From assembly GCA_010909165.1 (NCBI GenBank), contig MU008153.1:496001-560000 (forward strand): DNA of 64,000 nt, given 5' to 3'. The position numbers and the translations under genes are program-made. Numbering within the stretch: position 1 is the stretch's first letter; the number at the start of each line of letters is the position of its first letter. The notes beneath the pieces were generated by a model, which saw nothing but the letters and a program-made list of their open reading frames with translations, searched no databases and was not told the DNA's origin. The DNA comes from Anthoceros angustus (lineage: Eukaryota > Plantae > Anthocerotophyta). Positions 11,098 through 21,326 of this stretch are shown one piece after another.

Positions 11098-11128
11098 ATA
11101 TAAACCTCCTTACGTAATTACCATGTTT
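11098..11128 (-). repeat. Right terminal inverted repeat (31 bp)
   Basis: ATATAAACCTCCTTACGTAATTACCATGTTT, with CATG at 11122-11125. Confidence 0.85.
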
Positions 11129-11224
11129 CAAATTTATTTATCTCCACCCAAGAGGATGTAAATAAAGTTGTTGTTGTAACTCGTTCACTATTTACCTGCC
11201 CCATGTGGTTTCCTCGCTACGTGT

Positions 11225-11490
11225 GAGAATGATATCCACTTTATTCTTAAAGCGGTGATCCTCACCTCCCTTCTAACTACAGGTTTATTATTCTGGAGTC
11301 TATTTATGTTAAGGTTTTCAGCTCTTGGCTTGGATATTCTCACTACTTCTTGGGCTAAGAAGGCTAAGGTTTGGGCCCGTGGTCAAATTGGTTTCACCCT
11401 AGCCGGAATACTTTGGACAATATTTTTCCCTTACTATTATGATTATGAGCTCGACATAAGAATCGTATCGCTTTATGGACTTTAAGCCAC
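11225..11490 (+). mobile_element. LINE reverse-transcriptase N-terminal fragment
   Basis: IHFILKAGDPHLPSNYRFI... followed, after a frameshift, by WAKKAKVWARGQIGF...TLDNIF, which fits the start of non-LTR RT domains. Cleaner in unit 2. Confidence 0.75.
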
Positions 11491-11491
11491 G

Positions 11492-12012
11492 TCATGATAC
11501 TAATCTGCACTTGGGTTTAGTGTTTGATTAGCATTAATTAATTAATTACTTACTTACTTATAAGTCGGTCATATAGCTTTGGCCTCCTCACAACACCTTG
11601 CATTGCATATCTAGGACAAGTTATGATATGAGCTTGTCCTGAAAGGGTCTATATACTAACCCTTGGCATCAAGATATTCCTAAGATATCCTATCGGCATG
11701 AAGATATGGGAAATATCCTAAGAATACACTATATGCAAGGAATATGCTAAAGCATATTACTTGAACTTATCCACTTAGCTATTATATCCTAAGAATACAC
11801 TATATATGCAAGGAATATGCTAAAGCATATTACTTGAGCTTATTCACTTAGCTATTGCTAACTATGTTTAATTAACACTAATCAACGCTTAATTAACATA
11901 AGTGCTTTAGATTAATTAATATTAAATACTTACTTATAGATCAGTAATTAGATTAATTAATGCTAATCAAATACTAAACCCAAGTGCAAAGATTAGTGTC
12001 ACATGGCATGAC
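11492..12012. mobile_element. AT-rich MITE-like element (~520 bp) with ~60-bp terminal inverted repeats
   Basis: CTAATCTGCACTTGGGTTTAGTGTTTGATTAGCATTAATTAA (~11500-11541) is inverted at ~11953-11997. Internal ~70-bp tandem duplication at ~11714-11856. No ORF. Confidence 0.7.
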
Positions 12013-12480
12013 AGCTGTCGCACGAGGTAAGCACTTGAATTCATATAAGCCCTTCCTCAACAAACAACCAAGCAAAACAAATTTAATACGCAAATATAGG
12101 TGCAAACCAATTCCCCCCTGATAATGTGAGACTCCTAATCAAAACATTATCATTAGTAGGACTACACACGTACACACCTCATGTAGCGCATTGTGCAAAA
12201 AAGCAATCTTCTTCGGGAATGTCGTCCAGAGGTTATGAACATTGTCCATGAGTGGAAGGTTGTCTTCAGCATCCTCATGCGCATGGGCAACATGTCATTT
12301 GGACTACTCTCCCCCGGTTGCTCATTGCTTTCTTCTTGCTCACCACCGCTGCCTTTATGTGTTGGTTCATCCATGGTCAGTTATATGCGGAACTTCTCCT
12401 TTGTGCGTGTGAAAGCAAACACATGTTGTGATGCCTCGAACAACTCCTTTAGCTGACGCCGTTGATTGCTCTTCAACTCA

Positions 12481-13850
12481 TGTTGTTACCATAATGATAC
12501 GCCGACGGAACGGAGAAATAATAGGATTAGGGCACGGTTCGACTGAGGGCAGCATAAGTAGTTTGTATAGTTACAAATAAACTGAACGATACTTAAGGCA
12601 GTTTAATTGCTAATCAAACTTGTATATAAGGAGTTCACGACACGAATAAAAACGCCTTTTTTCTCGAGCTACTTGCTTCTATATGGTATCCGAGCCTCGT
12701 TGTTCCCGCACGGCTTCGCCGACACCTCGAGCTTGGGTTACCGGCTTCAGAAGCACATCATCGGCAACCCGGACATCAGGCCACTGAACCGGCAAGATGC
12801 GCGACGCGCCCGACCTCCTGCGCACCGCAGCGCCACCACCACGCCTCGCAAACAAACCTGCGGTGATTCAAAGCGCCGGATCAATTCACCTCTCACATCG
12901 GACCCAAAACATGCAGCTGCCACCGCACCGCTTTGAACCTGGCGTCGGTTTGAGCTCTTCCCGTGGATCACCTTGAGTCCGGATAATTCGGCTCGAGTCC
13001 CGGATGGAGATCATAACCGCCATGATGCGCGACCGAGCAGTCGCCGTCGATGACACCGCACATGCTTGCTTTCGATCCCTTGCGAAACACAATCCCAGGC
13101 GAAGGCAATAACCATGGCAACCAATCTAGTAGTTAGCACCCGATCGTTAACACAACGAAGGTAGAGTTCGAGGGACAGGGCAGGTTCACCCAGCGACTAC
13201 AATACAGCGAATTCAGTTGGAGGAGCACGATCTCATGGGGATCGTCAGTATAGTCACCCAACCCACAAGCTGCGGGCGCCACAACCAACCAGTTGCGGCT
13301 GGTAAAGAAAGACAAAGAGCAATCGGCATCTTGTTCTCGACTAGACAAAAATGCTCCAGACACTCAAGGTCGAAAAGCGCCCACGAGATCCGGAAAGTGT
13401 TCAAAGACATGTTCGCAGACAAAGCTCCATGTCAATTGTAAATGCCACACGGCAATTCTATCTCGAGAATGAAAGCAAAGTTGAGCAACACGTGCACAAC
13501 GGATACGCAAACAAAACTTGCATCCAGGTACCACACTAAGCAGTACCAAGAATTGCCTTACTAAGGTCCTTCCACATCATACAGAACATTTGTGAGCTCG
13601 CAAAGTTCAGCCCTTCACCAGGCTCAAAGTGCAGCTCAAGCAGGATCGATACCTGTATACACATTCGCAGAAGTCCTCGGAGCACTCTTAGAAGAAGAAG
13701 TCAGCCGAACAACAACTCATAGGCCTGCAACTGGGCCTAACCACGCACTCTTCACATCAAGAGGCCGTGGAGCTCGAAGAGGAGGCTTCCGAAACAACTC
13801 CTCAAGTTGCAAGCCACCTGGGCAAGCAACACAAGGCAACTTCAATTTAT
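12481..13850 (+). mobile_element. Truncated Ty1/copia retrotransposon: 5' LTR (~12481-12683), PBS and gag
   Basis: Begins TGTTG. PBS TGGTATCCGAGC at 12684-12695 matches the tRNA-iMet consensus TGGTATCAGAGC. gag peptides HDLMGIV, AHEIRKVFKDMF and TFAEVLGALLEEEVSR..ALFTSRGRG. No pol or 3' LTR seen. Confidence 0.8.
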
Positions 13851-14161
13851 GATGGTCAAGAGGTGGTGATGGGTCCCTCCTATGCTGACCTAGGTGTTAC
13901 GATTTTTGGTCCAAGTTCAATTGGACTTTTTCGCCTCACGCCACCAAGAGGATGGGTCTTGCTAGTGCTGTCTTTGGGCTCTATGGGATGAATATTCATG
14001 ATATCAACCTCAGCATCTTTTCAACACCGGTCACACCTCCACTATTTATGGTGCTTTGAGGGTTTGGGGCCCGGTCTTTTCTCTTCTTCTTGGGCTAAGG
14101 TGGAAAAAGTACAAAGCTCCTTTCTCCGTGCTCACATTGCTGTAAGCGTTCAACCCCTTAC
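13845..14161 (+). mobile_element. LINE RT C-terminal/thumb fragment, interrupted at 14161
   Basis: YDGQEVVMGPSYADLGVTIFGP; unit 2 gives INLRKHLFNTLVTPSTIYGAEVWGPGLFSSSWAKVEKVQSSFLRAHIACKRSTP. Confidence 0.78.
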
Positions 14162-17100
14162 AAAACGATCCGGACTTGGAAACCCCTGGGATGTGCACGG
14201 AAGTGTTTTTTTTTTTTGGTCGAGTGGTGTGAAAATAAGTCGGGTTGAGAGGCGAGGTATTTATAGAAGAAATGTCCTTGGCCTATGGTTTTTTTTTTTT
14301 TTTCTTGGCTTGATTTTTAGGTTAGAAAATAAATGGGCCGGAACTTGGGTTCCTTGGCCCATGGACTTGGGATGTCCACCAAAAAGTCTATATATGTGAG
14401 GTAGGGGGGGGTTGGAATAATTAGAGTGTGATAGGCCTATAAGTTTGGGGTCGACCGATTGGGCGGTAGCGGAATGAGTGTGGGGTTGTGGATTGGGATG
14501 TGGGCAGAGAGGTCGAACAGAGTAGGGGAACCCGGGAAACTTAACCCTAGGAAAAAGTCCGCTCAGAGCGCAACGGGCCGGAGCGAGGGCGGAGGAGCCC
14601 AAGGAGGAGGAGGAGGAGGAGGAGGAGGAGGAGGCGCAACGACGAAGGAAGGAGCTCCGAAGATATCGCGAATCACAGGAGGAGGAAGGCACAGACGGCG
14701 CCTCGCCGAGGTAGGAACCCCGAGACCGACCCTGAAATTCGCAGGTGGCGTTGGTTTGAGGCGCGAGGAGTGAGACTGTGAGAGGATGGCGCCCAAGGTC
14801 ACAACGAAATTGTGCTTGCCCAATGGCCAAACATGGATCATTGGAAAGTTCGAGCTGAGAAGTGAAGGAGCCGGGTTTCATGGAAGAACGGTGGAATTAC
14901 ATGAACTTGGGACCGGTGCAGGAGTGCACACCAAGGACAAACAACGGGGATTTAGAGCGAAGCCGCAGGATTGGGACCGGAGTCTGGTTAGGAGGTGGCG
15001 AAGGAGGAGGCGGGCGGTTTGGTGATGGAGCCGCCCAGAAAAGCAGCACGGCAGCCGCCCGTTAAAGCGGGCGACCGCGAACCCAACGGTTGACGAGGGA
15101 TTTGGCAACGCAGCTTGATGGGTCCGCCGTGTGGCTCCTATGTTTCGCAGCAGCAAGGTGATTATTTGTCCGACCACTTGCCGCTGTCCTTCATGAAGTG
15201 GTCAAGGGGCTAAGATCGATTAAAGTAATTCTCACAAGTTGTGTGAAGAGAGGTTGAACTGATTTCTCCCCTCTAATCTCACCATTTCCGTCCATCTTTA
15301 TGTTTACGCTAACCGCCCGCCAGAGGTGGAGATTGTAGCCTCCCTCCACATGTGGAAGGCTAGGGAGGTGAAGGAAGGCGGAGGAGCCCAAGGAGGAAAA
15401 ATCGATAGGAGCCTGGGTGTGGCGATGGAGGAAGAGAGAAGGAAATTCCCACCAAGAAAAGAGGAAGACCGGGGTGAAAGGCGGCATCCGAAAAAGGTGA
15501 GGGATGCGGCCACTGTGTCGAAAACCAACACATGAAATGAAAGCCAGCGATGGAGGTGGCGTAAGAGGAGGCGCGATCCGAGGACAATTTCTTGACGGAT
15601 GCGGATGATGAATCAACCCGAGGGTTTAGGGCTGACCTAGGCGGACCCCCTCAAAGATGGGAAGAGATTTTCAAGGGGACTCCACCGGCAACAGAGGTGG
15701 ATGCAACCGAATTGGTGAGGTGCGACCGCCGGGGAGGAAAGTTCTCGACGGAGGATGGCGCTGCGCCGCCACAACAAGTGGACTTGCAGGTGAGCCGACC
15801 ACGCCGATGATCCGGCCCAAGGCATTTGTTGGATCAAGCGGCTTTAGCTCTCACCGGCTCAAGGTGCGGTGGGCGACGGAGGAAGTGGTGAAGGCGTTTG
15901 ACGAAGGAGGCCAAGCGCAAGCAACGGAGGAAGACAAGCGGAACCTAGAGGAAATAAGGGCCAAGATTCAAGAAGATTTGTGCAGGCCTGGAGAAGTTGC
16001 AAGCCATGACGAGCAGGAAGCACTCATGGCTCAAATTAAGGATGCCCACGAGACGAACCAGAGATGCAGGGGAGTTGTTGCGAGCCCAGAGCGTGAGGCG
16101 GCCTCGGTGGAAAAGGCCCATAAGTCGCAATAAACGGAGCGGATGAGGCACGTGGGTCAGCCGTAAAAGACAAAGGGAAGGAAGCGGGTAGGTGACCACG
16201 ATCGAGTAGCGGAAGGAACTACGAAGGAAGCAAAGAACCGAGGTAGCCGAAACCTCACCTACCAAGGTTGTCGAACGAACGACGGCCGTGGAGTCCACTA
16301 CAGTGAAGCCACCGACATTGGCGCAACCAACCCGGAAGGTGCATGGGCGGGCGGGATGAGGCACGTGGCGCCTCGCGAGGACATGGACCAGTGTAGCCTA
16401 CGGAGGAGGGTAAGCACCTCACCGCAGTTAGGGGTCCTATTATATTCGGCACATGGATGAGGAAACTTATGTTCCCGGTCTATATGTGAATGGAGAACGC
16501 GGCTTAACCTCACCGCCCATGTGCGTGTGGAAATAGGAGGGATCTGTGGCCTACCCATCGCAAGTGAGGACCCAGTGCATACTTCTACCACCGCGCGGTC
16601 TATTGGCTGAGGAGGCGACTTTGGAGGAGTTGAGTGAGGAGGAGGTCCAGCTTGGGTGGACGAGGAACCGGAATAATCCTCAAAGAATAGGCCGGAAGAT
16701 GCGAAGCCTGGGGTACACCTCAAATTGACGCCCAGTGGCGGTGAGGTGGAAGTAGTGTGGGAGAACCCGTCCACCAGCGCGGCAGGTGAGAGCTCGTGGC
16801 GGCAATGGAGGACGAGCCGCACGGCCAAGTCGAGGTAGGGCGCGCAGACAGGAGGCGAGATAGCATCCTAAAGATAATTTGGTTAGGTGTCAGATCGACC
16901 TAGGATCGCCCGACCGCGGCCCCTTCATGATAGCCATCTTAGGACCTAAAATCCGGGCATGCCGATGTATAAGAGGGGCAACTATGTCCCTCACGTGATA
17001 ACTCGGTTGAGATCCCCACGCCACCGTGGTTGGAGACGTCCGATGAGGTGGTGTCGCGAGGCAGCTCCTAGGGGTGGTCGAGCTTGCCCGCACGGGAGGA

Positions 17101-17916
17101 GGGTGATGGAGCAATCCGACAAGGAGGAGGAAACCAAGGGATTGGCGCGGGCGGTGCCGAGCTTGCAACGCCTGCCGTGACGCCTGGGTTCTTCTTCCTT
17201 CACCTTGATCCCGCAGTTGTGTTCAAATTGAGTGTTGAGTGGATGGTTGGAAGCTGCGGCGAATTGAGGGAGAGAGAGAGAGAGAGAGAGAGAAGAGATC
17301 GGGTGAAGGGAGATCAAATGTCAGAGCGTTGCGAGGTGTGAGATGAGTGGAAAGAGAAGGAGAGCGAGTTGGGACGTTAATGGAAGAGTTGTGTGTGGTT
17401 TGTGAAACTCGAAGCCTGGAAAGTGCACAAGGAAACAACGTGTGGAATCGTGTGGGTGTGGCGCCTGTGTGTGTGTGTGTGTGTTAGGAGCGGATGGAGG
17501 TATCCTAGGAACTTTGGTCCCTAGGAATCGATGAAGTGTGGAGTGCAATAACACCGATTGCGAGCCGGCCTCGTGATGTGGATCCGCGCGCCGTAGGAGC
17601 GAGTTGCTAGGGTTTGGTGTGGACCCACTGGTGGTTGAGCAACTACCCGGTAGTGAGAGTCACCGTGGTAGTGGCTCAGGGTCGTGGAGCGAGATTTGCG
17701 GTCGGGAAGTTAGATCCGTGGTAGTTGGATAAGAGGGGAGGTAGGGTAGTTGAGTAGATAGGTGCGAGAAGTGGTAGCGGTCGTCTAGGCTTAGGCAAAA
17801 GTTGGTAGTAGTGATGGCGTCTTTTGGCACAAACCATTCCCTTGGGAGCGAATCCGGGACTACAACATTGAGGGTAAATGTGGACCTCACGTCCCACGAC
17901 AGGGTTTACGACCACA
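14162..17916. mobile_element. ~3.75 kb insertion with LTR-like TG..CA ends and a 5-bp TSD (CTTAC/TTTAC); no paired LTRs seen
   Basis: The uninterrupted LINE (reverse of ~1681-1715) reads GACCCCTTAC-CTATCC. Here it is split as CCCCTTAC|insert|TTTACCTATCC. Unit 2 shows the ends TGTAAAC (39136) and CCACA (42982). Confidence 0.7.
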
Positions 17917-18795
17917 TTTACCTATCCTCCTTCTGAATTTTCTGCCTTACCCCTTGAACTTGATGGCCTCTTTTGCCTCCCTTGTTTTCTTTACCGCCTC
18001 CTCCTCCTTGACATTGTTAACCCTTCCCCCTCCTCCCCTACCATCTTCTTGCCTCTCTTTTGCTTCCTTGACGGTGTTGATTCCCAAGCTTCTTTTCTTG
18101 GCTCTCCCAGCGGTTTGGCTTAAGCTTAAATTTGCACCTTAGGCTCCGGTTTGGCCAACTCCCCATTCTCCCCTTCCCTTTCTCATCTCCCTCCCAACCA
18201 CCTCATCCGGGCGGGGACCTTAAATTAAGATATCTTCGTCTCACTTGGTTCCCCTTTCATTTGCCCCTCCCTAATGTCCAAACTCCGTTTCTACTAGGAG
18301 GAGTTTCGTGTCAATCCCCTCTAGGTTCCCTGCCCCTACCATGTTACCTCAATTCCCTCTCTCCTTCAAGCTCCGCACTCTTATCGGTTAATTCCGTGTT
18401 AGCTCCACTACCTCAGATCGAGACCAAGCTTGGCTTAAGTCCACACCACCCCAAGCCGTTTTTGCAAGCTCTGCTCCCTTGACCACAGATCTAAATCACA
18501 CTTCCTCTATTGCCATGTCTATGCTCCTATTCGGGCTCGCTACACTCTTCTATTTAAGTGTCTGGTTTTTCCTTGCGTAGATTCTTCTCGTTTCACGAGC
18601 TCACCGGCCTATGTCTCTGAGCTTTTTGATTTTGGACCTAGTTGGACTCTTTACAATTGTTTTGCCTCTTATAGCTTTCCTTCCTTTTTCCATCTTACAC
18701 CGTCTTGTCTCTTTAGTTTAGATGTATATATTTTGTCTCTATATGTGTTCAATCGAGCATTTCCATCCTCGGTGGAATAAATAAAGTTGTTGGCG
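17917..18795 (+). mobile_element. LINE 3' end resuming after the insertion, with AATAAA-(GTT)n tail
   Basis: Reverse complement of 767-1700; ends GGAATAAATAAAGTTGTTG. Confidence 0.82.
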
Positions 18796-18797
18796 TT

Positions 18798-19265
18798 GTT
18801 GGTAGGCGCAAAATCATCAACCCTACAGGCTAGGCCAAATGGACACACATTTATAAGAACACCGTGATTAAGCATTGAACTTGGATCGGTACTTAGATGG
18901 GGTGCCTAAAGGAGTGGATGCCCTTGGTGCAAGTAGCTTAGGCACACCATGGTACAAAGTTATTAGTACCAAGTCCCATGACAAACCCGTCCTTAGTGGA
19001 CTTAAATAAAATTCTTCTTCTTCTTCTTCTCTCTCGGGTTCATGGGTCTGGGCTATCCAAGGCGACGGCGGTGGATCTATGTATCAAGACATAATTTTTT
19101 CTTACATTCACTGCATCCTTTGAAGACACGAAGTTCATTTGACATCCAGGCGTAATCGATCACACATCGTTTTAAGCGCTTGGGTCAAGCGTCTCCTTGG
19201 ATGTGCAAATGGGGCATGGTGCCTCTCCTTTCGTGTCGAGCTACGGGATAAGCTTGAACTGGCGG
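18798..19265 (+). mobile_element. Inverted copy of the small tRNA-like element, interrupted at 18825-19030
   Basis: TTGGTAGGCGCAAAATCATCAACCCT|insert|CTCGGGTTCA...GAGCTACGGGATAAGCTTGAACTGG is the reverse complement of 483-760. Unit-2 copy at ~43899-44365. Confidence 0.55.
18825..19030 (+). mobile_element. ~205 bp 5'-truncated retroposon of a second family with AAATAAAA-(TTC)n tail
   Basis: Absent from the 483-760 copy. Encodes LDRYLDGVP, resembling the extreme C-terminus of some LINE ORF2s. Ends AAATAAAATTCTTCTTCTTCTTC. Unit-2 copy at ~43923-44130. Confidence 0.6.
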
Positions 19266-20850
19266 TGCGGGCTTGCACAAGCAAGCGACATGGTCTAATG
19301 TATGTAAGTCATAATGTGCTTTGGTGCACGACAAATGGTTGTAAACCATAGTGTTAACGCAGTACACGCGCTCACAAAAACCTATCTAAGGACGTCGGCA
19401 TGCCCGTGCTTTATGGAGGGAGTATAAGAACATATGGTGCTAGCATATTAGCGCGTTCATTTATATATATTATTTGCACGTCGTAAAGTTTTGTTGTCTC
19501 CTAGAGTTGGTAAAGTGGTCAAAAACTTGGATGAAGAGTGATAGGATGCCAATTCGAGATGCAAATTGTAGTTTTTATACTAGATGAGTTTCTTTTAGGG
19601 TGTCGGCCTTTCAAGTAAAAGCCAAGGGCAGAGCGCAGACATGTTGGCGCCCACACACCAGTACTCCCAGGCCTTCTACCAGAAAACACATGAAGATTCC
19701 ATATCTCGACAGCTAGTACCTACTACCTCATATAAAAAATTGCCTAAAATCGTAATTTAGTTATTGTGTAGTTTTTGAAAGCGACTTCAATTCTACCGGA
19801 AGAAACTTTGTATATTCAGCCGCTTAAAATATTATCATGTTCTCACTTATAGTAAGCTTTGAGGCGATAAGCGAGATAAGATATTGCTTCACATTTCATT
19901 GGAGATCACATGCAATCTTGATGCATTGAACTTTTTAAATTTCCCTATGTATGTGACAGCATATACCTATCCTTATCAAATACCTAAAACTTTAAGAATA
20001 CTTGGCCTAATAAAGATCTATGAAGTTTCACCAAACAAAAGATACAAAGGATGCATTATTTATTACTTCGTTTTCCTTCCTCCCCAACAACTCGTGATTT
20101 ACCACTTAGTTTTTCGCATTTACACTGCCAATCAATTGTTGTATCCGTTCTCTTTTTAACTGTGTTCGGATTCCTCCAAATCTAACCAACCAAGAAACTC
20201 TATTTATACTCTTAATATAAAACTTCCAATCCAAGAATTACTTTTTCAAACTTGGACTCACATTGGAGCAAAGGTTTTAATCGCATGTCTAATCAAATAA
20301 GCCGAGGAAAACAACATATCGCCTTCAATATTCGCATGGCATGTGAAAATCACACCGAAAGAGCATCATAGGTAGGTGGCCACAATGTCGCAATGAACCA
20401 AAGAGATAGCATGATGCGTTACAAGCTCGGGGCCGTTTAGTTAGAGAGATACCGTTCGGCCATTCTCAAAATCAGCTTCATAGCCCGCACAAAGCCGAAG
20501 TTCTATGAGGAATCCTCCTTGAGGCGGATCCCATTGCCATTGTACCATCTCCATCGTGTCCAAGTGAACTAGGCGGAATTGTTGGAGTGCTAGTTTCAAA
20601 TGGACAAAGACCTCCTTTAGGCCCTAGACACGCATTTAGGCCCCATACTTGAACCGAACGGTTACCATAGCTTTATCGAGCTGGTGGAGTTGCTTGTAAC
20701 AGTGTATCTTTCTGGTGATTCTCATGAATCTCAAATGTCCTAATTGCACTGAGTTCACGTGAATTATGGTTGCTTGAGTGCATGGACTTTCTATTCCATG
20801 GCATAGCTCCTTCAACTAGCGATCTCGTGATCACTCCACACCTTTTTAAT

Positions 20851-20978
20851 ATGTACCTTTTGCCTTACGCATACATATCTCATTTTCTTAAAATGTACCT
20901 TCTTCCTTCATGCATACATATCTCATTTTCTTAAAATGTACCTTTTGCCTTCTGACATACATATCTCATTTCTTAAAA
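20851..20978 (+). repeat. 3 x ~43 bp tandem repeat
   Basis: ATGTACCTTTTGCCTTACGCATACATATCTCATTTTCTTAAA-like units start at 20851, 20893 and 20936. Also at ~46012-46142. Confidence 0.9.
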
Positions 20979-21184
20979 TCATGTTCTTAGCAAATTTGCT
21001 TTGTGTTCAACATCTTCCCATGGTTTTGTTTATACTTATCTATGATTTATGCAATACTGCAAGCATTTTATTTTATAAATTATCGAAATTAAAAATAATA
21101 CTCTATGTTTTTGGAAATTAAAACATCCAAGTCAGCGGACGGAATTGTCTTTTCTACTATTGTCTGTTGTCCGTTGACCGAAGG

Positions 21185-21189
21185 AAAAA
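21185..21189 (-). terminator. Pol III T-run terminator of tRNA-Lys
   Basis: TTTTT on the minus strand ~32 nt downstream of the tRNA 3' end. Confidence 0.55.
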
Positions 21190-21220
21190 TAGAGAGCTTG
21201 TCGTTACGAGGGAACGAGGA

Positions 21221-21290
21221 CGCCGCCTGGGGCTCGAACCCCGACCACAAGGTTAAGAGCCTTGCGCTCTACCGACTGAGCTAGGGCGGC
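21221..21290 (-). tRNA. tRNA-Lys(CTT): tRNA-Lys, anticodon CTT
   Basis: Reverse strand GCCGCCCTAGCTCAGTCGGTAGAGCGCAAGGCTCTTAACCTTGTGGTCGGGGTTCGAGCCCCAGGCGGCG. D and anticodon arms match plant tRNA-Lys(CUU). It is 3 nt short in the T and acceptor stems (sequencing error or pseudogene). Confidence 0.88.
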
Positions 21291-21294
21291 TCGC

Positions 21295-21326
21295 TTGACT
21301 GTCTTGAGAGACTTAAAGTATATATT
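21295..21326 (-). promoter_or_regulatory. Plant tRNA-gene upstream elements (TATA-like box and CAA)
   Basis: Reverse strand has AATATATAC about 28-36 nt upstream and CAA 5-7 nt upstream of the tRNA 5' end, as is usual for plant nuclear tRNA genes. Confidence 0.6.

Larger units (their letters stand above)
2062..11128. mobile_element. ~9.07 kb TIR DNA transposon carrying a DDE transposase and a ParB-methyltransferase gene
   Basis: Left end AAACATGGTAATTCTGTAAGGAGGTTAATAT (2062-2092). Right end ATATAAACCTCCTTACGTAATTACCATGTTT (11098-11128). The unit-2 right end (35941-35971) is the reverse complement of the left end at 30/31 positions. Two divergent genes lie inside. Confidence 0.85.

Noticed and set aside
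2062-11128. Bacterial restriction-modification system, prophage or contamination
   Set aside because: No restriction nuclease or phage genes are seen. The genes have GT-AG introns, the element has eukaryotic transposon TIRs, and it is embedded among plant TEs and a PPR remnant.
14459-14881. Pro/Gly/Ser-run ORFs (GGGGGG, PPPPPP, SSSSSS), also at 4640-4876
   Set aside because: They come from (GGA)n microsatellites that are shorter or absent in other units; they are not independent genes.
16855-16900. TGTCAGATCG at ~16888 as the start of a second LTR with PBS or PPT
   Set aside because: It has no similarity to the 14162 end, no TGG-type PBS on either strand, and no convincing polypurine tract.
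20851-20978. 43-bp repeats as a CRISPR-like array
   Set aside because: The units are contiguous with no unique spacers, there are no cas genes, and the context is eukaryotic.
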